A stretch of DNA of 64,000 nucleotides. Source: an uncultured Salinisphaerales bacterium. GTDB taxonomy: Bacteria > Pseudomonadota > Gammaproteobacteria > Nevskiales > Nevskiaceae. The position numbers and the translations under genes are program-made. Under the pieces are notes generated by a model. That model saw only the letters and a program-made list of their open reading frames with translations. It was not told the origin of the DNA and did no database searches. Below are positions 20,020-30,371 of this stretch, one piece after another (position 1 is the first letter of the stretch; each line of letters opens with the position of its first letter). The stretch lies in the NCBI GenBank assembly GCA_964581385.1, contig CAZOOK010000002.1:1-64000 (forward strand). The letters are read 5' to 3'.

Positions 20020-20094
20020 TAGTGACATACGTCACTAATAGTTGACAATGTTGTCCCCGGATCCGAGCATAGAGCCCGTCACGTATTTGTGACG
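20020..20094. promoter_or_regulatory. Cluster of three operator-like palindromes between the HTH gene and the flotillin gene
   Basis: TAGTGACATACGTCACTA (20020-20037), GACAATGTTGTC (20044-20055) and CGTCACGTATTTGTGACG (20077-20094). The first and third share GTCAC/GTGAC half-sites. Confidence 0.5.
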
Positions 20095-20221
20095 AACATA
20101 TCGGTAGTGTGACTCTAGCCACACCTCAGGGAGGTGGTCGGTCATGTTGCCAGCACCTTAGATGTAGCGCGCCGCCCAAGCTGACGCGCCATGCACAGCG
20201 GTTTCCCTCATTTAATCCAGG

Positions 20222-22199
20222 AGTCACATATATGGACATTTCGTCCCTGTCTCACTATGCCCTCATGGGCGCGCTTGTAATCCTTGCGCTATATCTTGTC
20301 TACGCGTCGCGGATCATCGTCTTCATCGGCAATGATTCGATCGGTATCATCGAAAAGCTGTGGAGCCTGAACGGCTCGCTGAAAGCGGGATTCATCGCGC
20401 TTGATGAAAGCGCTGGCTTCCAGCCCGAGATCCTGCGCGGCGGCATTCATTTCTTCCCGCCCTTTCAATATCGCATCCATGTGCGTCCGCTGCCGACAGT
20501 GCCGCAGGGCACGATCGGCTACGTCTTCGCGCGCAGTGGCGCCAATCTGGGCGCGGGCCAGACGCTCGGTTCGCTGCCGGCAGGCACCTCCTTCGAGGGC
20601 GCGCGCGGCTTCATCGAGAATGGGGGCCAGCGCGGCCCGCAGCGCCAAATCCTGCGCGAGGGTGTCTATGCGATCAACGTCGCGCAGTTCGTGATCCTCA
20701 CCAGCGAAGGCACTCACGCCATTACTATGGCGGGCGATGCCGCGGCGATCGAAGTGATGCGCCATGCCATTGAACAGCGCGACGGCTTCAGTCCGGCGGT
20801 GTTGCGCGGACAGGAAGATCTGGTTGGCGTGGTGACGGTGCACGATGGTCCGTCACTGGAACACGGACAGATCATTGCGGCAACGGTGGGTACCGATTCC
20901 AAGATTACGCAGACCTACCACAACTGTTTTCAGGATCCGGAGCGCTTTTTGGTTGCCGGCGGTCGGCGCGGCCGCCAGGAGCAGGTGCTGGTCGAAGGCA
21001 CCTACTACCTGAACTGTTTGTTCGCCACTGTCGAACGTATGCCGAAGACCATTATCGACATCGGCAAGGTGGGCGTAGTTGTGTCCTATACCGGCGAGGA
21101 AGGTGACGATCTCACCGGTAAGGACTACAAGCACGGCGAGCTGGTCGAAACCGGCAAGCGCGGTGTGTGGACCCATGCCCTGCAGGCCGGCAAGTACGCA
21201 CTGAATCCGCACGGTATAAAAGTCATTCCAGTGCCGACCACGAACTTCGTGCTGCGCTGGATAGCGGGCAGCAGCGAGGAGCACGGCTATGACTCCAATC
21301 TGGCCGAGATCCAGTTGATCACCAAAGACGCGTTCGAACCGATCCTGCCGTTATCGATCGTGGTGCACATCGCCTACGAAGACGCACCTCGCGTCGTCCA
21401 GCAGTTCGCGGACCTCAAACTGCTGGTCGAGCAGACGCTTGATCCGATGGTATCGGCTTACTTCAAGGACGCGGCACAGCAGTGCACATTACTGGAGCTG
21501 GTCAACCGGCGCGCGGAGATTCAGCGCCGTGCAACTGAGGAAATGCAGGCGCGTTTCGCTCGTTACCATCTGGATCTGATGGAAGTCATGATCGGAACGC
21601 CGCGTCCGGCATCCGGCGACAAACACATGGCCACGATCCTCGACCAGCTGCGCGCGCGCCAAGTCGCAGACGAGCAAGCAGTCACTTACGCGAATCAGCG
21701 CAAGGCAGCGGAAAAAGAGCGTGAAATACGCGAAGCCGCAGCAGCAGCCGAAGCCCAGGGCGACCTTACCCGCTCGACGGTGCAGATCAAGATCTCGGAG
21801 AACCAGGGCCAGGCACAATTGCGCTTGCGTGAGCGCGAAGCCGAGGGTATCAAAATCACCGCCAGCGCCCAGGCCGAAGCGGTCAAACTCGCCGCCGGCG
21901 CCAACGCTGAGAAGATCCGTGTGGAGGGCCAGGCCGAGGCCGATCGCGTGGCTGCGGTTGGTAAAGCCAACGCCGTATCGGTTGAAGCCCAAGTCAAAGC
22001 GTTCGGCGGACCCGAATTTCAGCTCAAAAAAGAGCTAGCACAGATTCTCCAGACGGCGATCCGCGAATCAAAGATTCCGCTCGTGCCGCAGGTGGTCATA
22101 GGCCAATCGGACGGCCGCGGTGGCACAGCGGTGGATGCGCTGCTGGGACTAGCGCTCGGTGGGAAGCTTCCGGTCTCTGTACCTTCCACCCAAACTTGA
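20222..22199 (+). CDS. Flotillin-like SPFH/band-7 family protein (YqiK-like)
   Basis: ATG at 20222 with an AGGAG RBS. N-terminal TM (ALMGALVILALYLVYA), SPFH domain, and a long Ala/Glu-rich coiled coil (EAEGIKITASAQAEAVKLAAGANAEKIRVEGQAEADRVAA) typical of flotillins. Confidence 0.7.
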
Positions 22200-22319
22200 C
22201 CCTCACTGCAAGATGCGACTCGATGAAGCTGGTACAACTTCCGACGATCGCAAAGCCCCACATTCCCACTGTAGACGGTCGCACCCGTCTGCAGTGGATT
22301 TTCTGGTCTGGCTCGAAAT

Positions 22320-23729
22320 TCATCGCAGACTCAAGGTCTGCTGCTTCCAGGTTGGCGACTGCCAGCGATAGAACAAATTCAGCGCGCTCGGGCTGTCGGC
22401 CTGCTTGTCGGTATTCAGCGTGTCCATGCGGACGACTTCAAAACGACGTATCCAGCGACCGTTGACCTTGGCTTCGCGCACCGTGAGCATGTGCATATTG
22501 CCGGGAACCCAGCCTGCGAACTCGGCGTAGCCGATACTGGGATCGGTATTGGCCGGCGGCAGCACATCGACGGTCCAACCTTCGACGCCCTTGCGAAAAA
22601 TCCATAGCTCGCGCCAGGTGTCGAGAGGCTGTACGGCCAAGGCCAATGCGGTCCCCGCCGGGTTGATGGTGGCCGATGCCCGCCACACTGTGCCAATAGT
22701 GCAGTGCTTGAGCAGCGGATCGTTGGTACCGCGCTTGGCGTCGACAAGCAGTACGCAGGTCTCGCCCGGCTCGCCAGGGGCAGTCACAATTCCGAGCCGC
22801 GGGTTTGGAGCAGGCGCAGGTTCCGCCGCCCAACGCGAGGCGCTGACGCGCACCGCTGCTTCCGTATAACGCGCGAAGTCTTCATCCGCGAGCTCGGTCT
22901 TGTTGATGACAGCCAACTCCTGCAACGCGCGAATGGCGCTGTCCGTAGCCGGTTCGCCGCGCCGGCTTCTTTCGAACGCCAGGCCCGCCCAGACTCCCGC
23001 ACGACGCAGATGGACCCGGTTCTTCACCATTTCCGGGAGGTCCGCTGTATCGACACTATCCAGCAATTCCGCGCGCCATTGGTCGAGGACATAGCGCTCC
23101 GCCGGCGGCAGATTGGGATCCACACATTGGTCGCGGGTCAGCGCCAAAGCCGCATGGGCGCGCTGCTCGGCGCTGGCGGGGAGTGCGAGCACGCGCCGGA
23201 ACGCGTCGCCGTCATAACACAGCTGTATCTGCCCGTCGCGCTCAAAGCTGGTCATGACGACTCCGTAGCTGGCTGCGACATCTAGGTAGGCGGCGAGCTT
23301 GGAACCGTCAACCTTGCCCTGACGCGCTGAAGCTCGCAGAGCAAGGCGTTCCGCCATATCGCCGAGTGCATCGAAAGGCTCGGCAGTGATGGCCTCAGCC
23401 GGCGCCGCCTTCAGATAGGCCGCGGCATATGCGATTCCCAGAGACTCAGCACCGGGAGTATCACGGACGAAGCGGAGCACGGCGAGCAGTTGGGATGCAT
23501 CGGCAGCCACCAGTGAAGTCGCACGCAACTGCGTTGCCCGGATGTAGCCGCCACGTTCGAGACGGTGGTCATACACCTGCAGATAGTCCGCACGCGCACC
23601 GCGAATCTCCAGCGTATCGCCTTGCCAAAGCACGGCCTGCTGCTGTGCTGAGTCATGCGGTGCCGCGCGTAGCGCGGCCTGGTCCTGGGTAACGATGGCA
23701 ACAGAGGCCAACGCGGCGAGCAACATCAC
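22320..23729 (-). CDS. Periplasmic protein with an N-terminal SH3-like segment, function unknown
   Basis: 469 aa with a signal peptide. LWQGDTLEIRGARADYLQVYDHRLERGGYIRA resembles a bacterial SH3. Shares a 4-bp overlap with the upstream SPFH gene (translational coupling). Confidence 0.5.
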   Translation of the reverse strand: MMLLAALASVAIVTQDQAALRAAPHDSAQQQAVLWQGDTLEIRGARADYLQVYDHRLERGGYIRATQLRATSLVAADASQLLAVLRFVRDTPGAESLGIAYAAAYLKAAPAEAITAEPFDALGDMAERLALRASARQGKVDGSKLAAYLDVAASYGVVMTSFERDGQIQLCYDGDAFRRVLALPASAEQRAHAALALTRDQCVDPNLPPAERYVLDQWRAELLDSVDTADLPEMVKNRVHLRRAGVWAGLAFERSRRGEPATDSAIRALQELAVINKTELADEDFARYTEAAVRVSASRWAAEPAPAPNPRLGIVTAPGEPGETCVLLVDAKRGTNDPLLKHCTIGTVWRASATINPAGTALALAVQPLDTWRELWIFRKGVEGWTVDVLPPANTDPSIGYAEFAGWVPGNMHMLTVREAKVNGRWIRRFEVVRMDTLNTDKQADSPSALNLFYRWQSPTWKQQTLSLR

Positions 23730-24982
23730 TGGCTTTCTCCCTGACTGGCGACATTATCTGTGCGCACACCAGCGCTCTGACCGAGCAGGGCGGAGCCGAT
23801 AAACCCTCCGCTGGCCGGAGGCGGTGCAATGATGACCTGGACTTTGTCCGAGAGCTTGTCGGCCATGGTCTTCTGGATCAGCAGGGGATTTTTCGTCAGC
23901 AGTTCACCGTCCCGCTCCAACTGGGCGCTGGAAATCTTGCCCAGTCGTTCCTGCCGATAGGCCTCGGCCTCCGCGAGCTTCACGCGGGAATCCGCTTCGC
24001 CTTGCGCTTCGATCCTTCGCGCTTCGGCGCTGCCCTCGGCGACCTTGATGCGGGAAACCTTGTCCGCTTCGGCTTCGAGCTGGCGCTGCTCGACCTGTTT
24101 CTGTTTGAACGGCAGCACATGCTTCATGGCCTCTTCCTGGGCGCGTGCAGCAATAATCTGCTCGTTGCCCGCGGCTTCCGCTGCGGTTTCGCGCCTGATC
24201 TTTTCGGCCTGAGCTTCGAGCTCGGATTGCTTGACCTGTTTTTCCTTCAGCTCCAGTGTAAAGCGCATCTTTTCCGCTTCCAGCTCTTCGGCCAGCAGCT
24301 TCTCCATGCCTTCACGATATTCAGTCGGCAGATCAACTTTGCCCATCTGCACGTTGCGCAGCATGATGCCGTCGCTTGCGAGTCGCGGCCGGAGTTCGTC
24401 TTCGATTGTTTGCTGGATTTCGGCACGCTTGGTGGAGAAAATTTCGCGAACCGTATAGCGCGTGAGAACCTTGTAAATCACCCCCTGGACAGCAGGTTCG
24501 ACGATTTCGGCGGAAATGTTGTCCGGCAACCGCTTAGCGATGCTCAGAATCTTGCTCGGATCGAGCGCATAACGGATCGAGAGATCCACGCCCAGTGACA
24601 GCCCTTCCTCGGACTGGAACGGCGCGGAGCCGCCGGCTTCGCTACTTTGCAGTGGACGGTAGATCTGGTCGCGAAGCGGGTACTGGCGCAGCCGGTGGAT
24701 ACCGGGCAGCACCAGCACCGCACCTTCGCGGAACTCACTAACAGTGCCGAGCAATTCGTTCGTGCGGATGCCAATGTCGCCATTGTTCAGCCTTTGCATC
24801 GGCGGATATTTGTAGACCGCGTACCCCGCCACGCCCAACAGCACCGTTAAGACGAGCGCGTATCGCGCCGCGCGGATGACCCGCGCACATGCGGCCGTGG
24901 TGCGGCCGATTCCGACGACGGTATATCCAACCGCGTCTCTCACTGCTTGAATGATCTGTTCGATCTGCGTTCCCATGACCAT
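23726..24982 (-). CDS. SPFH/band-7 (HflK/prohibitin-like) membrane protein
   Basis: 419 aa from the ATG at 24982 (AAGGGAG RBS). TM (ALVLTVLLGVAGYAVY), SPFH core and an E/A/Q/K-rich coiled-coil tail. The ORF-track 762-aa version up to 26014 is an over-extension. Confidence 0.7.
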   Translation of the reverse strand: MVMGTQIEQIIQAVRDAVGYTVVGIGRTTAACARVIRAARYALVLTVLLGVAGYAVYKYPPMQRLNNGDIGIRTNELLGTVSEFREGAVLVLPGIHRLRQYPLRDQIYRPLQSSEAGGSAPFQSEEGLSLGVDLSIRYALDPSKILSIAKRLPDNISAEIVEPAVQGVIYKVLTRYTVREIFSTKRAEIQQTIEDELRPRLASDGIMLRNVQMGKVDLPTEYREGMEKLLAEELEAEKMRFTLELKEKQVKQSELEAQAEKIRRETAAEAAGNEQIIAARAQEEAMKHVLPFKQKQVEQRQLEAEADKVSRIKVAEGSAEARRIEAQGEADSRVKLAEAEAYRQERLGKISSAQLERDGELLTKNPLLIQKTMADKLSDKVQVIIAPPPASGGFIGSALLGQSAGVRTDNVASQGESQ

Positions 24983-25264
24983 GACTCCCTTATTGCTTGG
25001 TTTCAACTCTTCGCTAACTACGGGTTCCGGCCGAAAAGCCGGCGCCGGAAGGAAGCCAGCCTCATTTCCTTCCGTGACGGCATAGTGCGTAGGGCGTACC
25101 GGAGGGCTCAATGCTGGCGCCGGGTCACATTCGTGCGCCGCCGCCGGTGGGAACTCCGCCGCAGGAGCAATTACTCGACCTTCGGAAGAAAAACTCACAA
25201 CCTTCGCCGGGGCCGGTCCCCGATAATGCGAGCATTGGGTACTCTCGGTTTTGCGGAGCGCGGT

Positions 25265-25990
25265 ATGGCAAAAGTCGCAGTTATTGAGGACGATCTCCCT
25301 ACCAGCAATCAGTTGAAGGGCTGGATCGAAGCGGCACGACCTGGCATCCAGGTGGACCAGTGGTTCACACGTGACGCCGCGGAAATCGCACTCGCCCGCG
25401 AGACTTATGACGTGGTCGTTCTGGACATCGAGCTGGGGCGCGAACGCCACGCGGGCGTTGCGCTGATCAACGCCATCAACAAGCGGCGCGGCACGCCAGT
25501 ACTCGTGGTGTCGGCGATGCCGGCGACGATCTATCGCAGCATCATGCGGGCTTTGGACGCCTGGGACTATCTGCAGAAAGCCACGTTCGAGGAAGCAGAT
25601 TTCGTGGATACCTTTCTGGAAATTCTGCGCGCAGCCAAAAACGAAAACGGGCTCAAGGAACCAGCCGCGGTTCCGACCGAAGATGAATTGTCTCTTGACC
25701 CGCTGCGCCAGCGGTCCCCGATGTGGCGAGACCAGCGCATCAATCTGCCGCTGACTGCCCAGAGAATTCTCGCTGCGTTGTACCAGCACCGCGGTGAAGT
25801 GGTGTCTTACGAAGACCTGTTCGAAGTGGTCAAGAGCGGACGCACCCGCGACAACATCCGCAAGCACGTAAGCACCATCCGCGACGCGTTCCGGGATATC
25901 GATCCGGCGTTCGACAACATCGAAAATGTGCCGATGCGTGGCTTCCGCTGGGTCAGCCCAATGCCGGCTGCGGGACGGAAACCGCGGTGA
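25265..25990 (+). CDS. OmpR/PhoB-type two-component response regulator
   Basis: 241 aa. Receiver (VIEDD ... VVVLDIELG) plus a winged-helix trans_reg_C (LTAQRILAALYQHRGEVVSYEDL...MRGFRW). GGAG RBS. The GTGA start/stop overlaps the kinase gene. Confidence 0.7.
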   Translation: MAKVAVIEDDLPTSNQLKGWIEAARPGIQVDQWFTRDAAEIALARETYDVVVLDIELGRERHAGVALINAINKRRGTPVLVVSAMPATIYRSIMRALDAWDYLQKATFEEADFVDTFLEILRAAKNENGLKEPAAVPTEDELSLDPLRQRSPMWRDQRINLPLTAQRILAALYQHRGEVVSYEDLFEVVKSGRTRDNIRKHVSTIRDAFRDIDPAFDNIENVPMRGFRWVSPMPAAGRKPR

Positions 25991-28092
25991 ATTGGCGGCT
26001 CCTGAGTCCCGCACCGTATCGCCTGCGCCTCCTATTTCGTGGCGCTTTCCTGTTGCTGATCTTCGCGACCGTTGCGATGGCCCTGTACATGCTGCAGCAG
26101 GAACAGCAACTCAGTTACCGAAATTACGAAGATGGCTTCCACAAAAATGAGGCACAGATCGCAGCGCGCCTGCGCCACCCGGCCGGTCAGCTGGCTTTAC
26201 TGAATCCGCCGTCTGCGCCAGCTGACGGTGAACCGCTCAATTCCTCCGCTCCGACTCAGCTGCATCCGCTGCTGCTGCCATTCTCCGCTCTGGATTTTGA
26301 TGATCAGGGCAAAGTCCAGCAAGCGATCGAGATGGCTGGCTGCATGGTGCAATACGCGTCCTATGGTGAGATTTGCGTGGCGATCGGCAACAACCCCTGG
26401 GCCGGCGGCTTCATCTATGTAGCCGGCAGTTTCGCTGCTGGCGACCTGGCGGAACATCGGCGTGGCGACCGTGACCTCGGACACGCGCACCGCGTGCGCA
26501 TATCAGTCGACCTGCGCGGCAAACACTACCGCTGGATTGCGCCGTTCGAGAGCAGCGGACCTGCCGACGCCTCCGGTTTGCGCGGCCGACTGACCGGCTT
26601 CACCGATACCGGCGGCAGCCAAGCTGCGACTCGCCCGATCAAAGATTTTCGCGGCTGGCTGTGGCAGGCGAGCGATTGTCTCGACACCCAGGTCGAAGCC
26701 GCGCCCGCCGGGTGCAACAAGCGCTCCTTTTTTTCGGTGCGTCTGCCGGTGGAAGTGCTGCGAGATGCGTTGTTTGCCAAAAGCCGCCCGGTCTGGCCGC
26801 CCGCGGATCTGCACCAAATTGACGTCCGCGTCGAGGTGCTGCCACCGGAAGATGGATCCGCCTTGCTCGATAGCACCAGTCCACACGCAACGCCGCCATT
26901 CTCACTGAATGATCTCGCTCCGCTTTTGCTCCCGGGGGAAACCCTGCGGATCCGCAAGCTGACTCAGAACGGCGGCAGTGACATCGTCACCCTCGCCGGC
27001 GCCGAAAGGACTCTGCAACCGACATCCCGTCATATCGACAAGGTGCTCCACTACCTGATGCCCGATCGTCCCGACAAACCGATCGAAAGCCGCGAAACCA
27101 TCGCAACCCCACTCGGCGGCTACGAGCTGAGCCTGACCGGCGATGTGCGCACCGCAAACAAGGCCATCAGCGCCGTGGCCGCGCGTGTGTCGTGGTTTGT
27201 CGGTGCGATGCTGATTGCGATCATGCTGGCCTGGCTGGTGATCGAGATCGGCATCATCAGCCGCATCACTTTACTGACCAAGCGTGCCGCCTCGCTATCC
27301 AAGACCGTCAAGGCCACGGACGGACTCGGCGATTTCGATCTCAGCGATCTGCGCGGAGCCGATGAGCTCGGCGTGCTGGCCGTCTGCCTCTCCGATCTGC
27401 TCCAGCGCGTGCGGGAAGACGTCGACCGCGAACATATACGCGCCGAGCAGGAAAAAGACATGTGGCACGCCGTGGGGCACGAGATCATGTCGCCGCTGCA
27501 ATCACTGATGGCCCTACATAGCGACAGTGGCAGCAGCAGTCGACGTTACATCGACCGCATGCAGCAGGCGATCCGCGTCCTTTACGGCAGTGCTTCGCCG
27601 AGCGAAGCATTTCAGTCTACGGCCCTCAAAGTCGGCGCAATGGATTTGGGCGGCTTTCTGAGCCACGTCGCGCAGAATGCATCGTGCGTCGGCATCGAAA
27701 ACGTCGTGTTCAATGACTGCGGCGAGACCGTCATCGTGCGCGTCAATGAACATTCCCTCGAAGATGTCGTGACGCATGTGCTACGCAACGCTGAACGCTA
27801 CCGCGTCAAGGGCACGCCGATCAGCATCCGTCTGAGCGCAAACGAGACCGCCGTCAGCGTCGCCATTCATAACCAAGGGAGTGCCATCGCTGAGAATCTG
27901 ATCGACAAAATCTTCGAATATGGAGTATCTGATCTCCAGGATGCGGGGGCTCAGGGAAATCGCGGTCAAGGCCTGTTCGTCGCCAAAACCTACATGGCCA
28001 AGATGGCAGGTAGCATCAGTGCGCAAAACGCAGCGGACGGCGTTAATTTTCTGCTCACTCAGCCGCGTGTAACTGGCGAAGTTTTGGGCTAG
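25987..28092 (+). CDS. Sensor histidine kinase with a large periplasmic domain
   Basis: 701 aa. TM1, an about 370-aa periplasmic region, TM2 (WFVGAMLIAIMLAWLVIEIGII), HisKA H-box (AVGHEIMSPLQSL) and HATPase_c G-boxes (GQGLFVAKTY). Confidence 0.8.
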   Translation: MNWRLLSPAPYRLRLLFRGAFLLLIFATVAMALYMLQQEQQLSYRNYEDGFHKNEAQIAARLRHPAGQLALLNPPSAPADGEPLNSSAPTQLHPLLLPFSALDFDDQGKVQQAIEMAGCMVQYASYGEICVAIGNNPWAGGFIYVAGSFAAGDLAEHRRGDRDLGHAHRVRISVDLRGKHYRWIAPFESSGPADASGLRGRLTGFTDTGGSQAATRPIKDFRGWLWQASDCLDTQVEAAPAGCNKRSFFSVRLPVEVLRDALFAKSRPVWPPADLHQIDVRVEVLPPEDGSALLDSTSPHATPPFSLNDLAPLLLPGETLRIRKLTQNGGSDIVTLAGAERTLQPTSRHIDKVLHYLMPDRPDKPIESRETIATPLGGYELSLTGDVRTANKAISAVAARVSWFVGAMLIAIMLAWLVIEIGIISRITLLTKRAASLSKTVKATDGLGDFDLSDLRGADELGVLAVCLSDLLQRVREDVDREHIRAEQEKDMWHAVGHEIMSPLQSLMALHSDSGSSSRRYIDRMQQAIRVLYGSASPSEAFQSTALKVGAMDLGGFLSHVAQNASCVGIENVVFNDCGETVIVRVNEHSLEDVVTHVLRNAERYRVKGTPISIRLSANETAVSVAIHNQGSAIAENLIDKIFEYGVSDLQDAGAQGNRGQGLFVAKTYMAKMAGSISAQNAADGVNFLLTQPRVTGEVLG

Positions 28093-28227
28093 TAACTGAG
28101 GCCGGAGCGTCAACGAATCGGCATATGCGACGTTTAGAAAGTTGCCACCGCTATTCATCACCGCGCTTGTCATTTCGTATACATCAGACGCGGGGCGGTG
28201 GTTTCCACATCTTCCTGGAGAATAACT

Positions 28228-28509
28228 ATGAACAAACGTTTCGGACTGGTCGTGTTTGTGAGTGGTGCAATGTTGTCGAGCGTGGTTCTTGCCGAACCTC
28301 CACCGCCGGATAACGTCAGCGGCAAACGGCATCCGAACTTGGCACACGCCCAGAAAGCCATCGACAAGGCGTTCAGCGATCTAAGCGCCGCGCAACAGGC
28401 CAACGAATTCGACATGAATGGACATGCCGCCAAGGCCAAGGAATTGTTGGAACAAGCCGACACCGAGATCAAACAGGCGGCCGGCGCCGCGAACCACGCG
28501 CACAAGTAA
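28228..28509 (+). CDS. Small periplasmic protein, hypothetical
   Basis: 93 aa with a signal peptide (MNKRFGLVVFVSGAMLSSVVLA). Helical, Lys/Ala-rich. Terminates in a GC hairpin (GCCCTGCCGCGCACGGGCGGCAGGGTGCC, about 28533-28552). Confidence 0.4.
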   Translation: MNKRFGLVVFVSGAMLSSVVLAEPPPPDNVSGKRHPNLAHAQKAIDKAFSDLSAAQQANEFDMNGHAAKAKELLEQADTEIKQAAGAANHAHK

Positions 28510-28617
28510 ATGCTTTGGAGACGCCCTGCCGCGCACGGGCGGCAGGGTGCCGGGACTCATCTTCTAATTGCTTTAAAAGCCATTCATGCGCGCATCTGAA
28601 TTAGGGAATGCCTGAAT

Positions 28618-29433
28618 TCAATCGGCCGCCGAACGTCCAATCAGAATATGCCCCGAGACCTTGGTTCCGTTCAAAACGGCGTCGCGCAATGCGATGTCGA
28701 TTGCCGTGGCTTCGATGCCGCCAACGACGAAGCTGCAACCTTGAGCATTGATGCAATCGACCGTTCCCCGCGTCAATTCCTGGTCGAGCGTGATGGTGAC
28801 AGTGGGACTATCGTAGAGCACGGTATTTGGTGCGGCTATACCGGAGAACGTTAAAGTCCGACTGCCGACCAAAGTGCCGCCAATCGACAAGGAACCGAAG
28901 CTCACCTGACTATCGGTGGAACCCGCACTTGGAAAGACCAGTGAGTAGGACGCCGCAGCGCTGATATCGCTGGCATTGATGTTCAGGAATGGTTCTGGAA
29001 ACGGGATCGTTGACGCTGTAGCGACCGGCGGTGGCGGATAGTCGATCAAGCTCAAGGTAAATGTCTTGATCGCAGTATTGGCCGTTGCCGACACCGAATC
29101 AATAGCGATGCCTGAAGATGTGGCCTGCGACTTGATTCCCAAAGCGTCAATGACCAGCTCGGGTATTGGCGGCGTGCCGGCGAACAGGAACAAACTCTCG
29201 TTGTCGGTCTTTGCGTGGGTGGCATTTTTGTAAGCTGGTGGTGCACTGCCTTTGACCTGCCCAACCGGCGCGAGCAATGTCGCCTGGCCGTTGACCACGA
29301 ACTTGGCGCTGAATCCGTAAGCCTCACTCGACGCCGCCGATTGTGCGTGAACCGGCAACGCCGCGGCCAAAGCAGCCCAGCCCGCGCCGCAAGCAATACG
29401 GATTTTGTTCGAAAATGTCAGGGTATTCTGCAT
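28618..29433 (-). CDS. Secreted protein, Ser/Thr/Ala-rich, hypothetical
   Basis: 271 aa from the ATG at 29433 (GGAG RBS). Signal peptide ending VHAQS. No recognisable catalytic motif. Confidence 0.5.
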   Translation of the reverse strand: MQNTLTFSNKIRIACGAGWAALAAALPVHAQSAASSEAYGFSAKFVVNGQATLLAPVGQVKGSAPPAYKNATHAKTDNESLFLFAGTPPIPELVIDALGIKSQATSSGIAIDSVSATANTAIKTFTLSLIDYPPPPVATASTIPFPEPFLNINASDISAAASYSLVFPSAGSTDSQVSFGSLSIGGTLVGSRTLTFSGIAAPNTVLYDSPTVTITLDQELTRGTVDCINAQGCSFVVGGIEATAIDIALRDAVLNGTKVSGHILIGRSAAD

Positions 29434-29814
29434 AGCTTTACTCCATGAGTTCTTTAATGCCCCGATTAACAATACTCACCCCCTCCATCGTGTATACCGC
29501 GAAGCGATAGCTGCCGATGGACTGCCTCATAGAAACGCGTCCGGAAAGGAGCCGATGACACAAGCTTGTTCGAGAGTCGTCTTATCCTGCACAGCGTCAA
29601 CGAAAAACGTATCCGTGGTCTTACCGCGGCGGCGGTTTGGGTTGCGGCGCTTTTCGGCGCGTCCTGCGGCGCCGGAATATTCAAACCGGTATTCGTGGCG
29701 TTCGTATTGTTGATATTGGTTCTCACACTTGGTGGAACATTCGAGCGTGCCGTTCACCGGCGGCTCCACCCCGGCAACGATCACACCACACCGCCGAATT
29801 CCCAATTGATGAAT

Positions 29815-30348
29815 TCAGGACAGCGATGAAGTCAGCGGCGGCGTTGTCCTTTTTTTGCTGTCGTCTGAACGGGAGTCGGCGGCCGATTTGATCCGAAAGA
29901 TCAAGTAGCCGACGACGAGAACGTTCAGTGCTAATGCGAGCGCTTTGGGCAACGTCGTATGCGCAAACAGTTCCCAAATCTCCACGGGGATGAGCGATGC
30001 CGTTGCGATGGTCGTTAACCACTCCGCCCAGCGCTTCCGAAACCAAAGTCCAATCCCCTCTGTAAAGAACAGGCCAGCGACAACGAAGGCGCCAAGACCC
30101 AGCGCTTTGATTCGCAGCGGACTCAGTCCCGTGAGCCAGCCGAGAACATGCAGCGCAACGTGCTGTTCCGCACCGTGGGGTAATGCGTCAGCCCAGGCAT
30201 TCAAGAAATCAACGACGGTGGGATTCAGCAGCTCCAAGGCTGCGGACCCGGTGCCAACGAGTGTCATCGCCTTTATGAATTTGAAGATCGCGATGACTCG
30301 CAAGAGACCCGCTGACTCGCTCTCGCGCCGGGGCGATTGGATATCCAT
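29815..30348 (-). CDS. DUF2127-family membrane protein
   Basis: 177 aa. Pattern LRVIAIFKFIKAMTLVGTGSAALELLNP and four hydrophobic segments, characteristic of DUF2127. Confidence 0.55.
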   Translation of the reverse strand: MDIQSPRRESESAGLLRVIAIFKFIKAMTLVGTGSAALELLNPTVVDFLNAWADALPHGAEQHVALHVLGWLTGLSPLRIKALGLGAFVVAGLFFTEGIGLWFRKRWAEWLTTIATASLIPVEIWELFAHTTLPKALALALNVLVVGYLIFRIKSAADSRSDDSKKRTTPPLTSSLS

Positions 30349-30371
30349 GGGATAGGGTATTGGTGCGTGTC

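Noticed and set aside
23726-26014. 762-aa ORF in the track spanning the SPFH gene and 1 kb upstream
   Set aside because: Open frame in high-GC DNA without stops. The real start is the ATG at 24982 with an AAGGGAG RBS. The upstream portion overlaps the divergently transcribed response-regulator gene on the other strand and has no protein-like features.
29566-29829. 87-aa ORF with two hydrophobic segments (possible small membrane protein)
   Set aside because: TTG start, no RBS and atypically low GC3 in a locally AT-rich intergenic region. Could be real, but the support is too weak to call.
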